Assembly: GCA_036489375.1 (NCBI GenBank)
Contig: DASXFX010000116.1
Span: forward strand, 23,364-87,363
Source: Candidatus Binataceae bacterium
GTDB lineage: Bacteria > Desulfobacterota > Binatia > Binatales > Binataceae
Direction: 5' to 3'
Length of the DNA stretch: 64,000 bases
A program made the position numbers and the translations under genes. A model generated the notes under the pieces. That model ran no database searches and was not told the DNA's origin. It was given only the letters and a program-made list of their open reading frames with translations. Positions 35,713 to 45,107 of the stretch are shown in pieces; the first letter of the stretch is position 1, and the number at the start of each line of letters is the position of its first letter.

Positions 35713-35985
35713 AGAGTTGAGAAATAGAAGCCATCACTGGCAGGGCCGCACACGCCGAAGCGGTGCGCCCTTGCGCCTCCGTCCCCATTCTCAAGTTTCC
35801 CCAGCTCTCTCTCCCGGCCGCGCTCAGTTGACGTATCCGGGTAGCGTCTAGCCCGACATTTTTGTCTCTACCGATCCGGGGCACTCCCTGCTATAAGACC
35901 AGTGCCGAGTTGGGCAGTTTGCAATGACGCACCGCAGCGTAAGGGTTGCGGCAATTTCAAAGAGGAATCGAAAGGATATCGATAA

Positions 35986-38406
35986 ATGGATAGTAGCGGC
36001 CGTAATAATCGGAGCTTCGCTAGATACATTCTCGATTTTCGCAAACCCATCGGTTTACTACTCATCGGCATCACGCTCTTCATGGCCTATTGGGCAATAC
36101 ATTTGCCAATCGCGACTCGCTTTGAAGATTTGTTTCCGGCTAATCATCCAAACACACTCCTGTACCGTCAATTTCGCCGCCAATACGGTGGAGCGCAAAC
36201 GCTAGTATTGATGATACGAGTGAAAAACGGAGATATCTTCAACCTCAAGACGCTACATGATATCCAGGACATCACGGGCGAAGTCGATAAGCTTTACGGG
36301 GTTAACCACAACGAAGTCTTTTCGCTCGCTTCATATCGCCTGCTCTACGCCAGGGCGCTACCCGGCGAGTTGATATCGACGCCGTTCATGTATCCAAAAG
36401 TGCCGCAGAATCAGGCCGAAATAGACGATCTAAAGAATAATGTTCACGCGAATCGCGAACAGTTGGCAGCGTTCGTGACGCCGGACGATAAAGGAGCCCT
36501 AATCGTCGCAAGTTTCAATGAGGAGGGGCTCGATTACAAAACGTTATTCGATGGTGTTCAGGAGATCATTCGCAAACATCAGGATAGCAACACCGAGATC
36601 TACGCAAGCGGTGCGGTTATGTTCTCCGCGTGGGGTTATCATTACCTTCCGCGCATTCAAAAGATTTTTATCCTTTCCGTCACCTTGATGCTGGTGATTC
36701 TTTATCTGAGTCTCGGACATTATGGCGGCTGGTGGGCGCCGATGCTGACCGGGACGCTGTCGGCGATCTGGGGCCTTGGGTTCGTGAGCCTGATGGGATT
36801 CAATTTCGATCCAATCATGCTGGTGATTCCGTTTATCATGACGGCGCGCGATTGGGGTCATGGCATTCAATGGCAAGGTCGCTATTACGATGAACTTCAG
36901 AGAATCGGCGATAAGATAGAGGCGTGCGTCGCGACCGCGGATTCGATGTTAATGCCGGGGATTTTAGCGATCATCGCAAATATCGCGGGTATCATTTTCA
37001 TCACGATTGGTGACATTCCAGTCCTAAGACAGATTGGCATTGGCGGTGCAGTCTGGATGGGTGCAAGCGTCGCGATGGTCTTCGTCTTTCAGCCGATCTT
37101 GATCAGCTATCTCCCGCGTTCGGAAGTTCGAGAAAGAAGCCTGATCAACCGGATAAGAAGATCAGGATTCCTAACCCAGGTTCGTGGTCTTGTGGACGGA
37201 CTGGTAACAGCGACGATCACTCGCGGCTTCGCACGCACAGTGCTCATAAGTATTGGAGTGTTGGTGCTCCTAGTGGGATTTGCGGCTGAACGGAACGTCC
37301 CGATCGGCTACCAGACGGCGGGCACGCCAATATACAGAGCAGACGCGAAGATCAACGAGGATACCGCGGAGATCAGCAAGTTCGTACCAACTAATATCGG
37401 CTGGATCGTCCTCGAGACGCCGGAGTTTCCGAGCTCGCAGTCGGGAGTCGGAATTGACACTCTAAGAATGTCCGACGACCTCGCAAACTACTTGATGAGC
37501 CGAGGAGACGTAGTTGCAGTCCTCGGGTTCAGCGCATTGGCATCGAAGCCGATGAACATGCTCTTACACAACGGCCAGCCGAAGTACTACGCGCTCCCTG
37601 ACAGCAATTCGCTGAGTGCCAGCCTTTGGGGATTCTTCTTCGCGGCGTCCGCTCCGGGCGAAGCAGAGAGCTATTTCGCGATAGCGCAATCGATGAAAAA
37701 CTCCTGCATTCGGGTAATGTTGGCCGATCATACCTACGCGCGACTTGAGCGCCTGCGGGCGGATATCGATCATTTCATAAAGGAACGAGTGACAACAGAT
37801 CCGGCGCTTAATCAAGTCAAGCTTCGATATATCGGGGGCGAAGCGGGCTTGTATCTCGCAACGGATGACGTGATCGGACATCTGAATGTCGTCAATTTGT
37901 CGCTTACCCTGGCGGCGATATGTGTAGCGTGCGCACTATTCTTTCGATCGGTCGTTGCAGGAGTGCTCTTCGGTTTGTCGGGAATTGCGGCAAATTTTGT
38001 TGCCTTCGTTTACATGGACGTTCACAACATTGGACTCACGGTCGATACGCTTCCGGTCATCTCGCTGGGCATAGGTCTAGGCGTGGATTATGGCATTTAT
38101 ACAGTCGCGCGCATCCGGGATGAGGTGGTTAACGGTTTGACGCTCGACCAGGCAGTCACGAAGGGCCTGCGCAGCACCGGAGTTTGGGTGTTCTGCACTT
38201 TTGCAGTAATGGTCGGCGGTATCCTGGCCTGGGTGTTTTCACCGTTATTGTTTCATAGCGAGATGAGCCTGTTGTTGGTCCTACTAATGACTACTAATTT
38301 GATCGCCGGTGTGCTGCTGCTGCCAGCGCTGATAGGATGGAGACGGCCGCGGTTCATCAGTCGTTATGAGCGAAGCGAGATCGCCGCGCACCAGGCTGCG
38401 TCCTAG
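35986..38406 (+). CDS. RND-superfamily / MMPL-type exporter (COG1033-like)
   Basis: 806 aa with two hydrophobic bundles (about aa 225-400 and 640-790) separated by soluble loops. This is an MMPL/HpnN-like layout, and the call rests on architecture rather than a single motif. Confidence 0.7.
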   Translation: MDSSGRNNRSFARYILDFRKPIGLLLIGITLFMAYWAIHLPIATRFEDLFPANHPNTLLYRQFRRQYGGAQTLVLMIRVKNGDIFNLKTLHDIQDITGEVDKLYGVNHNEVFSLASYRLLYARALPGELISTPFMYPKVPQNQAEIDDLKNNVHANREQLAAFVTPDDKGALIVASFNEEGLDYKTLFDGVQEIIRKHQDSNTEIYASGAVMFSAWGYHYLPRIQKIFILSVTLMLVILYLSLGHYGGWWAPMLTGTLSAIWGLGFVSLMGFNFDPIMLVIPFIMTARDWGHGIQWQGRYYDELQRIGDKIEACVATADSMLMPGILAIIANIAGIIFITIGDIPVLRQIGIGGAVWMGASVAMVFVFQPILISYLPRSEVRERSLINRIRRSGFLTQVRGLVDGLVTATITRGFARTVLISIGVLVLLVGFAAERNVPIGYQTAGTPIYRADAKINEDTAEISKFVPTNIGWIVLETPEFPSSQSGVGIDTLRMSDDLANYLMSRGDVVAVLGFSALASKPMNMLLHNGQPKYYALPDSNSLSASLWGFFFAASAPGEAESYFAIAQSMKNSCIRVMLADHTYARLERLRADIDHFIKERVTTDPALNQVKLRYIGGEAGLYLATDDVIGHLNVVNLSLTLAAICVACALFFRSVVAGVLFGLSGIAANFVAFVYMDVHNIGLTVDTLPVISLGIGLGVDYGIYTVARIRDEVVNGLTLDQAVTKGLRSTGVWVFCTFAVMVGGILAWVFSPLLFHSEMSLLLVLLMTTNLIAGVLLLPALIGWRRPRFISRYERSEIAAHQAAS

Positions 38407-38464
38407 TCATCTGTCTCTCAGCATTACTTGAGGAAAAGTCAGGCCGCAGCGAATACCATCAGTT

Positions 38465-40060
38465 ATGTCGTCCCGGCAACTATTGCCTAGTTACGACACG
38501 GTCATAGTAGGAGCGGGATCGACCGGCGCTGTGCTCGCGGCGCGGCTCTCTGAAGACCAATCACGATCGATACTGCTGGTCGAAGCCGGACCGGACTATC
38601 GTGCTGCTGAGACGCCGCGGCAAATACAAATTCTAAATCCGGGACCGGCGATCCTCGGGATGCAGCAGTTCCAGTGGCCGGGGCTCAACGCCTATCGAAC
38701 TGATTATCAGCGTCCAATCATTTATTGGCGCGGTCGCGGGATGGGTGGGAGTTCCGCGATCAATGGTCAGATCGCGATCCGCCCTCCGCTGGAAGATTTT
38801 GACATATGGGCTCGCGCGGGATGTCACGGGTGGTCGGCAAAGGAAGTCCTTCCTGCGTTCATCAAACTCGAAGACGATAGCGCTTTTGGCGATCAGCCAT
38901 ATCATGGCCGCGGTGGTCCGATTCCGATCTATCGGGCTCCTCGGGAAGAGTGGGGAGCGGTCGATCTTGCACTAGACGAGGCATCCAGCGAATTGGGCTA
39001 CGGACACTGCGCCGACCACAATGCACCCAGCGGCACAGGCGCGTCTCCCTATGCGATTAATTGTCGTAATGGCATTCGCGTCTCGACCAATGATGCTTAT
39101 CTTGAAGGCGCTCGTGAGCGGCGAAATCTCACAATTGTTGGCAATGCAATGGTTGATCGGGTCGAATTTCGCGGCTCGCGCGCGGTTGCTTTGCACGTCC
39201 GGATTGGTAGCGACGTATGCAGAATCGAGGCCGGCGAATTCATCCTGAGCGCGGGCGCGATTCATTCGCCCGGGATTCTTATGCGATCAGGCATCGGGCC
39301 CGCAAGCCTGCTTGGCGCGCTCGATATTCCGGTCTGTGTTGACGCGCCGGTCGGAGAAAACTTGTGCGATCATCCGCAACTCTCGGTGCAACTCGAACTC
39401 AAGACCTCAGCGCGCGCCGGGAGCCTCGACCAGCGTCACACGAATTGTTGTGTGCGGTACTCTTCAGGGCTGGAGAGCTCCTCCGCCAACGATATGATCT
39501 TCATCGCCTTTAATCTGCTTGGCGCCTCTCCAGAACATCTTCGCTACGGTTATATCTGGGCATCGGTATATCAGAGCTTCTCTCGCGGGCAATTGAGGAT
39601 CACCTCGCGGCATCCCGAGGCTCATCCTGAAATTCGATTTCGGATGCTTTCGGATTCTCGAGACCTCGTTCGCATGCGCGACGCGATACGCAGGCTGGTT
39701 GAACTTGCCCGGCATCCAGCGTTTAGCGCCATCGCAGACTCGGTACATCTAGGACGCGCCCCCGATTTCTCGAACGGAGACATGCGCAGCGACCATTTCG
39801 CAGCGCCAAGTGATCGCTGGATATTGGAACATTGCTTCGACGTCCAGCACGCTGCCGGCACCTGCAGAATGGGCGCGACAGCCGATCCGCGTTCGGTAAT
39901 CGATCCCGAATGCCGCGTAATCGGCGTCGAAGGCTTACGCGTGATCGATGCGTCGATCATCCCTGAGATGGTGCGGGCGAATACGCATCTGACTGCCGTA
40001 ATGATTGGTGAGCACATGGCAGCGCGGATCCGCGCCGGGCAACGCGACCAAGTCATCTAG
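38465..40060 (+). CDS. GMC-family FAD oxidoreductase (choline-dehydrogenase-like)
   Basis: 'YDTVIVGAGSTGAVLAARLSED', 'GRGMGGSSAINGQ', and a C-terminal 'HAAGTCRMG...VIDASIIP'. Confidence 0.85.
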   Translation: MSSRQLLPSYDTVIVGAGSTGAVLAARLSEDQSRSILLVEAGPDYRAAETPRQIQILNPGPAILGMQQFQWPGLNAYRTDYQRPIIYWRGRGMGGSSAINGQIAIRPPLEDFDIWARAGCHGWSAKEVLPAFIKLEDDSAFGDQPYHGRGGPIPIYRAPREEWGAVDLALDEASSELGYGHCADHNAPSGTGASPYAINCRNGIRVSTNDAYLEGARERRNLTIVGNAMVDRVEFRGSRAVALHVRIGSDVCRIEAGEFILSAGAIHSPGILMRSGIGPASLLGALDIPVCVDAPVGENLCDHPQLSVQLELKTSARAGSLDQRHTNCCVRYSSGLESSSANDMIFIAFNLLGASPEHLRYGYIWASVYQSFSRGQLRITSRHPEAHPEIRFRMLSDSRDLVRMRDAIRRLVELARHPAFSAIADSVHLGRAPDFSNGDMRSDHFAAPSDRWILEHCFDVQHAAGTCRMGATADPRSVIDPECRVIGVEGLRVIDASIIPEMVRANTHLTAVMIGEHMAARIRAGQRDQVI

Positions 40061-41073
40061 TGAAATGCCAGTTCCGCATTGTGTGCGCGTTCCAGGATTG
40101 AGGCTGGAATGCGCGACTGAAGTTTCGGGTTGAGCACCACCTTCACCATCCCATCGCCCATGCCGAATTCGAGCATACCTGGGTGAAAGTTATGTTCTTT
40201 CACCTCGGTCGCGATTCTAAGAAATGCTTTTGCGGTCGAAGTGACGGCACTCGCCAGGATAACATCAGGCGCGATGTCGTTTTGATTGCGGATGGTTCCG
40301 AATGCATAGACGTGAGCTTGTGAAGCTGCCTGAAAAACGCCTAAACCAGCGGCATCGGCATCGTGAATGAGTACATCGGCGCCCTGACTGATTTGTGCGA
40401 GAGCGGCCTCTTTGGCGGCTCCGACATCGTCGAACTTGCCCGTATAGCTGACAAGGAGTCGACCGTAGGGCTGTACGGAAAGGAAGCCGCGCTTGAATCC
40501 ATCGAAAGTGATCTTGATTGACGGCAGTTCGATTCCACCGATGGCCCCTGCCACACCGCTCTTGGATACGCCTCCGGCGATCACGCCTTCCACATAGGCG
40601 GCGTCGTCTATTTTGAATGTCAACGAAGCGACATTCGTCGATGATGCGCTGCCAGAACTGACCACAAAATAGGTATGGGGAAAGTAACGCGCGACGTCGA
40701 TCGCGGAATCAGTATATTCGTAACCATGCGCAAAAATGAGATCAAAGCCGCGAGCCGCAAAGTCGCGGAAGCTGTCTTCAAAATCGGCGGGCGAACGCGT
40801 TTGGACCATGGCAGTCTCCGCTCCCAGCTTAGCTTTGATCAATTGTAAGCCATCGAAAGCGGCAGCATTCCAGCCGGCATCGCTCACAGGCCCGGGAGTT
40901 AGCAATGCGACACGGAAGCGAGAAGCTTCACTGGGAATATCGTGACGAGGAGTGCACGCGGCCAGCATTATTAGTAATGGAAGGAAAGTGAGTCTCAGCC
41001 ACGCTACAGACTGACAAGTGGCGGGGCGAATGATCGATTGCATCTGAGTTGAGTTCCTCTTTAGACCGGCCAT
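40057..41073 (-). CDS. BMP-family (Med/PnrA-like) substrate-binding lipoprotein
   Basis: Lipobox 'LIMLAAC'. 'FRVALLTPGPVSDAGWNAAAFDGL' and 'GFDLIFAHGYEY' follow the BMP pattern. No ABC partner genes are adjacent. Confidence 0.7.
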   Translation of the reverse strand: MAGLKRNSTQMQSIIRPATCQSVAWLRLTFLPLLIMLAACTPRHDIPSEASRFRVALLTPGPVSDAGWNAAAFDGLQLIKAKLGAETAMVQTRSPADFEDSFRDFAARGFDLIFAHGYEYTDSAIDVARYFPHTYFVVSSGSASSTNVASLTFKIDDAAYVEGVIAGGVSKSGVAGAIGGIELPSIKITFDGFKRGFLSVQPYGRLLVSYTGKFDDVGAAKEAALAQISQGADVLIHDADAAGLGVFQAASQAHVYAFGTIRNQNDIAPDVILASAVTSTAKAFLRIATEVKEHNFHPGMLEFGMGDGMVKVVLNPKLQSRIPASILERAHNAELAFH

Positions 41074-41088
41074 CGACCAGAAGAGAAC

Positions 41089-41853
41089 TTACATGGCTTT
41101 TCTGGCGGAGACGATCATACGGCGGGTGCCGATGGAGTATGGTTCGCCATTAAACCCGCCGAACGATCTGAGGTCGTCGAAGCCGACATGGCTTAACATG
41201 CGGCTGATTTCGGTAAGGCTGTACAACCTGATTTTGTGACCAATCGACTCGCGGCGTTCTCCGCCTGGAGTGACGATTGTGAAGTGAACGTGCATGCGGC
41301 TCGTCGCCAGATCTAGGTCGCGGCGCTCGACATAAAGTGTGCCGTCCGGACCGGCATGCCAATCATTTTGGATATAGTTGGCCACGGCCCACTCGCGATT
41401 AAGCATATCGAGGAAAAGGCGCCCTGCGGGTTTAAGCGCAGACGCCATTGATTCCAATACCATCGCGTCGTCGTCTTCGGTCTCGAGGTAACCGAAAGAG
41501 GAATACATATTAAGAATTGCGTCGAAGCGGCGCACGAATGGAATTCTGCGCATGTCAGCCGAAACTGTCTCAAGAGTGATGTCGTGGACGCCGGCGGACC
41601 GCTGCGCGAGGCGAAGATAGGCCGGGTTCAGATCGAGCGCCGTGACGCGATAGCCATGCTCGGCGAGAGGCACGCTGTGCCGCCCCTGACCAGCGCAGAG
41701 ATCAAGCACGCGCGCACCAGGCGAAAGTTCCAACAAGCGTTCAGCGAAGGATACCTCCTGCGCGGCACGTTCTGTCGTGAAAACATGGCCATAAATATTC
41801 AGGTAATCGTCGCCAAAAAAATCTACATACCAAGCGTTATCGTGGGATGCCAT
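41089..41853 (-). CDS. Class I SAM-dependent methyltransferase
   Basis: 'RVLDLCAGQGRHSVPLAEHGYRVTALDLN', 'LKPAGRLFLD'. Confidence 0.8.
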   Translation of the reverse strand: MASHDNAWYVDFFGDDYLNIYGHVFTTERAAQEVSFAERLLELSPGARVLDLCAGQGRHSVPLAEHGYRVTALDLNPAYLRLAQRSAGVHDITLETVSADMRRIPFVRRFDAILNMYSSFGYLETEDDDAMVLESMASALKPAGRLFLDMLNREWAVANYIQNDWHAGPDGTLYVERRDLDLATSRMHVHFTIVTPGGERRESIGHKIRLYSLTEISRMLSHVGFDDLRSFGGFNGEPYSIGTRRMIVSARKAM

Positions 41854-42107
41854 TATGGTCTTTGAACTGATGTCGCAGGAAGATTACGCAGCCATCTGAT
41901 CATATGCCGCGAGAGAATGCCATATTCATCCACGAAGGTCGAGTTGTAGTGGCGGGAGCGCATTCCAAGGTGTACGCTTTTTTGATCAGAATTAGGACGT
42001 GAGTAGAGCGGCCGGGAGTTGAAAGTGGTTTGATCCGCTCTTCGCTTGCTTCTACCCTTGCCGCTTGAAGAGAATAATGGATCATCGGGACGGTTGGGAG
42101 AGATGTT

Positions 42108-42791
42108 GTGAATAGTATCGCGGTTTTAACGAGCGGCGGACTGGATAGCTCCGCATTGTTGGCTGATGAGGCCAAAACAGCACAGGTCTATCCGATTTAT
42201 GTTCGCTGCGGCCTCGCGTGGGAAGAAGAGGAAAAGAAGGCGCTGGATAGATTTTTGAAGGCGCTGAACAGTCCGAACGTGAAGCCGGTGACGACCCTCT
42301 CGGCGCCGGTTGCCCCGATGTACGGCGACCATTGGAGCACTGGAGTGAACGGCGTCCCGGGAGCGGATGAGCCGGATACCTCCGTCTTCTTGCCGGGTCG
42401 AAATATTCTTCTGATCGGGCTCGCCGCGGTGTGGTGCAGCACACATAACGTCTCTTGTATTGGGATTGGATCGCTTGGTGGAAATCCATTCTCGGATGCC
42501 TCGCCTGATTTCTTTACCAAATTTACTTCCGCGCTAAGCGACGGTTTGGGCCATCGTGTCGAAGTCAAAGCGGCGTTTCGAGAATTGCACAAGTGGGAAA
42601 TCATCAAACGGTTCAAGGATCTGCCATTAGAGTTGACACTGACATGCATGGCTCCCGAAGCCGGAAATCATTGTGGAGAGTGTAACAAATGCAGAGAGCG
42701 TCAGGTGGCATTTGATCGTTCCGGAGTACCAGACATCACTACCTACGCGGCGGCGCCAGCGGGTTCGAGTCAGCACAATCTGCGGGTATAG
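42108..42791 (+). CDS. QueC-family PP-loop ATPase (7-cyano-7-deazaguanine synthase-like, divergent)
   Basis: PP-loop 'AVLTSGGLDSS', 'FLPGRNILL', and a C-terminal zinc cluster 'CMAPEAGNHCGECNKCRER'. GTG start. Confidence 0.6.
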   Translation: MNSIAVLTSGGLDSSALLADEAKTAQVYPIYVRCGLAWEEEEKKALDRFLKALNSPNVKPVTTLSAPVAPMYGDHWSTGVNGVPGADEPDTSVFLPGRNILLIGLAAVWCSTHNVSCIGIGSLGGNPFSDASPDFFTKFTSALSDGLGHRVEVKAAFRELHKWEIIKRFKDLPLELTLTCMAPEAGNHCGECNKCRERQVAFDRSGVPDITTYAAAPAGSSQHNLRV

Positions 42792-42844
42792 CTGATTATC
42801 CATATTTTACCGGCGCGTACTTCTACCGAAGTCAGGAGTCTAAG

Positions 42845-43666
42845 ATGGAACTAAAGGCGCTCGGAAATACCGGTGCGTTGATTCCAGAAATTGGCGTGGG
42901 CGTATGGCGGTATGGTGGTGGGACGGACCCATTACGTCACGCGATTACCTTGGGTGCGACGCTGATCGATACCGCGGAAGCCTATGGAACTGAAGCGATT
43001 GTTGGAGAGGCCATCAAAGGATTGCGCGACGAAGTATTTGTTGCGACTAAAGTTTCTGGCAACCATCTGCGTCACGACGAAGTGTTGAAAGCGGCCGAGG
43101 CCAGTCTGCGGCGTCTCGGCATAACCTGCATCGATTTGTACCAGATTCATTGGCCAAATTCGCTGGTTCCCATAGAAGAGACCATTCGTGCGATGGAAGC
43201 GCTGGTCGATCAGGGACTGGTGAAGTATATCGGTGTGAGTAATTTTTCCACCGCAGAACTGCGCTCAGCGCAGGCTGCGGCTAGCAAGTACCCTATCGTC
43301 TCCAATCAGGTGTTGTACAATCTGAATCGCCGGCAGATAGAAGGCGACCTGCTGCCCTATTGTCGCGAGCACCAGGTAACTATCATCGCGTACACCCCAC
43401 TTGATAGTGGACGCCTGGCGAAGCCTTCGACAGCTTCGTCGAATCCCGGCGCAACGAAAGCATTGGAACTGGTCGCTTCGCAGACACAAAAGACTTTAGC
43501 GCAGGTTGCTTTGAATTGGTGTGTCTTCGATCCTGGGATTATCACGATACCAAAATCCGACAAGGCGGCGCGGGTTACTGAGAATTGTGGGGCTTCCGGC
43601 TGGCGAATTTCCGCAGATCAAAAAGCGTTACTGGACAAGGCCTACGCGAGTTCGGATGACGATTAA
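42845..43666 (+). CDS. Aldo/keto reductase
   Basis: 'LIDTAEAYGTE', 'IDLYQIHWP', 'YIGVSNFS', 'VSNQVLYNL'. Confidence 0.85.
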   Translation: MELKALGNTGALIPEIGVGVWRYGGGTDPLRHAITLGATLIDTAEAYGTEAIVGEAIKGLRDEVFVATKVSGNHLRHDEVLKAAEASLRRLGITCIDLYQIHWPNSLVPIEETIRAMEALVDQGLVKYIGVSNFSTAELRSAQAAASKYPIVSNQVLYNLNRRQIEGDLLPYCREHQVTIIAYTPLDSGRLAKPSTASSNPGATKALELVASQTQKTLAQVALNWCVFDPGIITIPKSDKAARVTENCGASGWRISADQKALLDKAYASSDDD

Positions 43667-43690
43667 ATCGGGCAGGTGATCGAATGTTCA

Positions 43691-44866
43691 CTAGATCGCC
43701 TGTCCGGCACACCATCCGCTGGACCAAGCCCATTGGAAGTTGTAGCCGCCCAGCCATCCGGTGACATCAACCGCTTCTCCGATAACGTAAAGTCCCGGCA
43801 CTCGACGCGCTTCCATCGTCTTCGATGAGAGCCCTGCTGTATCGACACCGCCAACGGTCACTTCGGCCTTGGCCCATCCCTCAGATCCAGCAGGGTATAG
43901 CCGCCAGTGCTGTAGCCGCGACGCCATCGTAGTGAGGACGCGGTCCGGTAAGTTTGCCATCTCACCTGCTTCCTCTGCAGTTTCCGCCAGCGCGTGTGCA
44001 AGGCGAGTAGGTAATATTTCTGCGAGTACAGTCTTCAGTTCGGCCTTCGGGCGCCCCCGTTTTCGCTCTCTGAGAAAATCCTCGGCGTTAATCTCTGGCG
44101 TGAGATCAATCGAGATGCTTTCGCCTTCGTGCCAGTATGATGAAATCTGCAGCATTGCGGGACCGGAGAGACCCCTATGCGTGAACAAGATGTTCTCGCG
44201 AAAGGCCCGTTGCGCAGTCGAAACGCGCGCATCTGCTGATACCCCGGACAGCATCTGACATAAGGCCAGCGCTTCGCCCTCCAACGTGAGCGGGACAAGT
44301 CCGGGGCGCGGTTCATGTATGGCTAAGCCGAATCGGCGGGCAACGTCATAAGCGAATCCGGTTGCCCCGAGCTTCGGAATCGAAAGGCCACCGGTTGCCA
44401 GAACGAGTGTTGGAGCACTATAGGTGCCCCGGTCACTCTCGACGCGAAATCGATCACCGTGGGTGACTGAGGTGATCTTGTGCCTGAGCCGCAGATCGAC
44501 CTTTGCCACATCACATTCGGCCAGCAGCATTGTCAGAACTTGACGAGCCGAACCGTCGCAAAACAATTGCCCCAGGGATTTTTCGTGATAAGTGATGCGA
44601 TGCCGTTCAATCAGGTTGATCAAGTCCCATTGCGTGTAACGACTCAACGCAGACTTGCAGAAGTGAGGGTTTCGGGACAGAAAACGTTCCGGCGAAATTT
44701 GAAGGTTGGTAAAGTTGCAGCGTCCGCCTCCCGAGATGAGTATCTTTGCGCCGGCGCTATCCGCGTGATCGAGCAACAACACTCGCCGTCCGCGCTGCCC
44801 GGCGGTTATCGCGCACATCAGACCCGCGGCGCCGGCGCCCAAAATAATGACGTCAAAGAGCTCCAT
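43691..44866 (-). CDS. HI0933/YhiN (BaiN-like) family flavoprotein
   Basis: 'FDVIILGAGAAGLMCA', 'ILISGGGRCNFTN', and a C-terminal 'GEAVDVTGWLGGYNFQWAWSSG'. Confidence 0.8.
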   Translation of the reverse strand: MELFDVIILGAGAAGLMCAITAGQRGRRVLLLDHADSAGAKILISGGGRCNFTNLQISPERFLSRNPHFCKSALSRYTQWDLINLIERHRITYHEKSLGQLFCDGSARQVLTMLLAECDVAKVDLRLRHKITSVTHGDRFRVESDRGTYSAPTLVLATGGLSIPKLGATGFAYDVARRFGLAIHEPRPGLVPLTLEGEALALCQMLSGVSADARVSTAQRAFRENILFTHRGLSGPAMLQISSYWHEGESISIDLTPEINAEDFLRERKRGRPKAELKTVLAEILPTRLAHALAETAEEAGEMANLPDRVLTTMASRLQHWRLYPAGSEGWAKAEVTVGGVDTAGLSSKTMEARRVPGLYVIGEAVDVTGWLGGYNFQWAWSSGWCAGQAI

Positions 44867-45107
44867 CGTTGGTGTAATTAGGCCTTGTGATCATCGCTGG
44901 AGCAAGCCGCAAGCGTACACCTTTTTATGAGTTTGACGGTTGACGTCGTTAGCCCCGTTGAGACGTAATTCACTTCTCCCGCAAAGAGGTAGTAAACTCG
45001 CGTCGGATTGATGGTGCGTGAAGAGCCCCGGCGATCTCGATATGCTTGTGGTTGAGCCGGGATGCGAATCCTGTGGAAGAGTCATTTTCATGAACAGAGG
45101 TGCGTGA

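Noticed and set aside
40057-40060. Convergent GMC oxidoreductase and BMP lipoprotein genes share overlapping stop codons within the palindrome CTAG
   Set aside because: It is real in the sequence but is a trivial consequence of tight convergent packing. There is no evidence of function.
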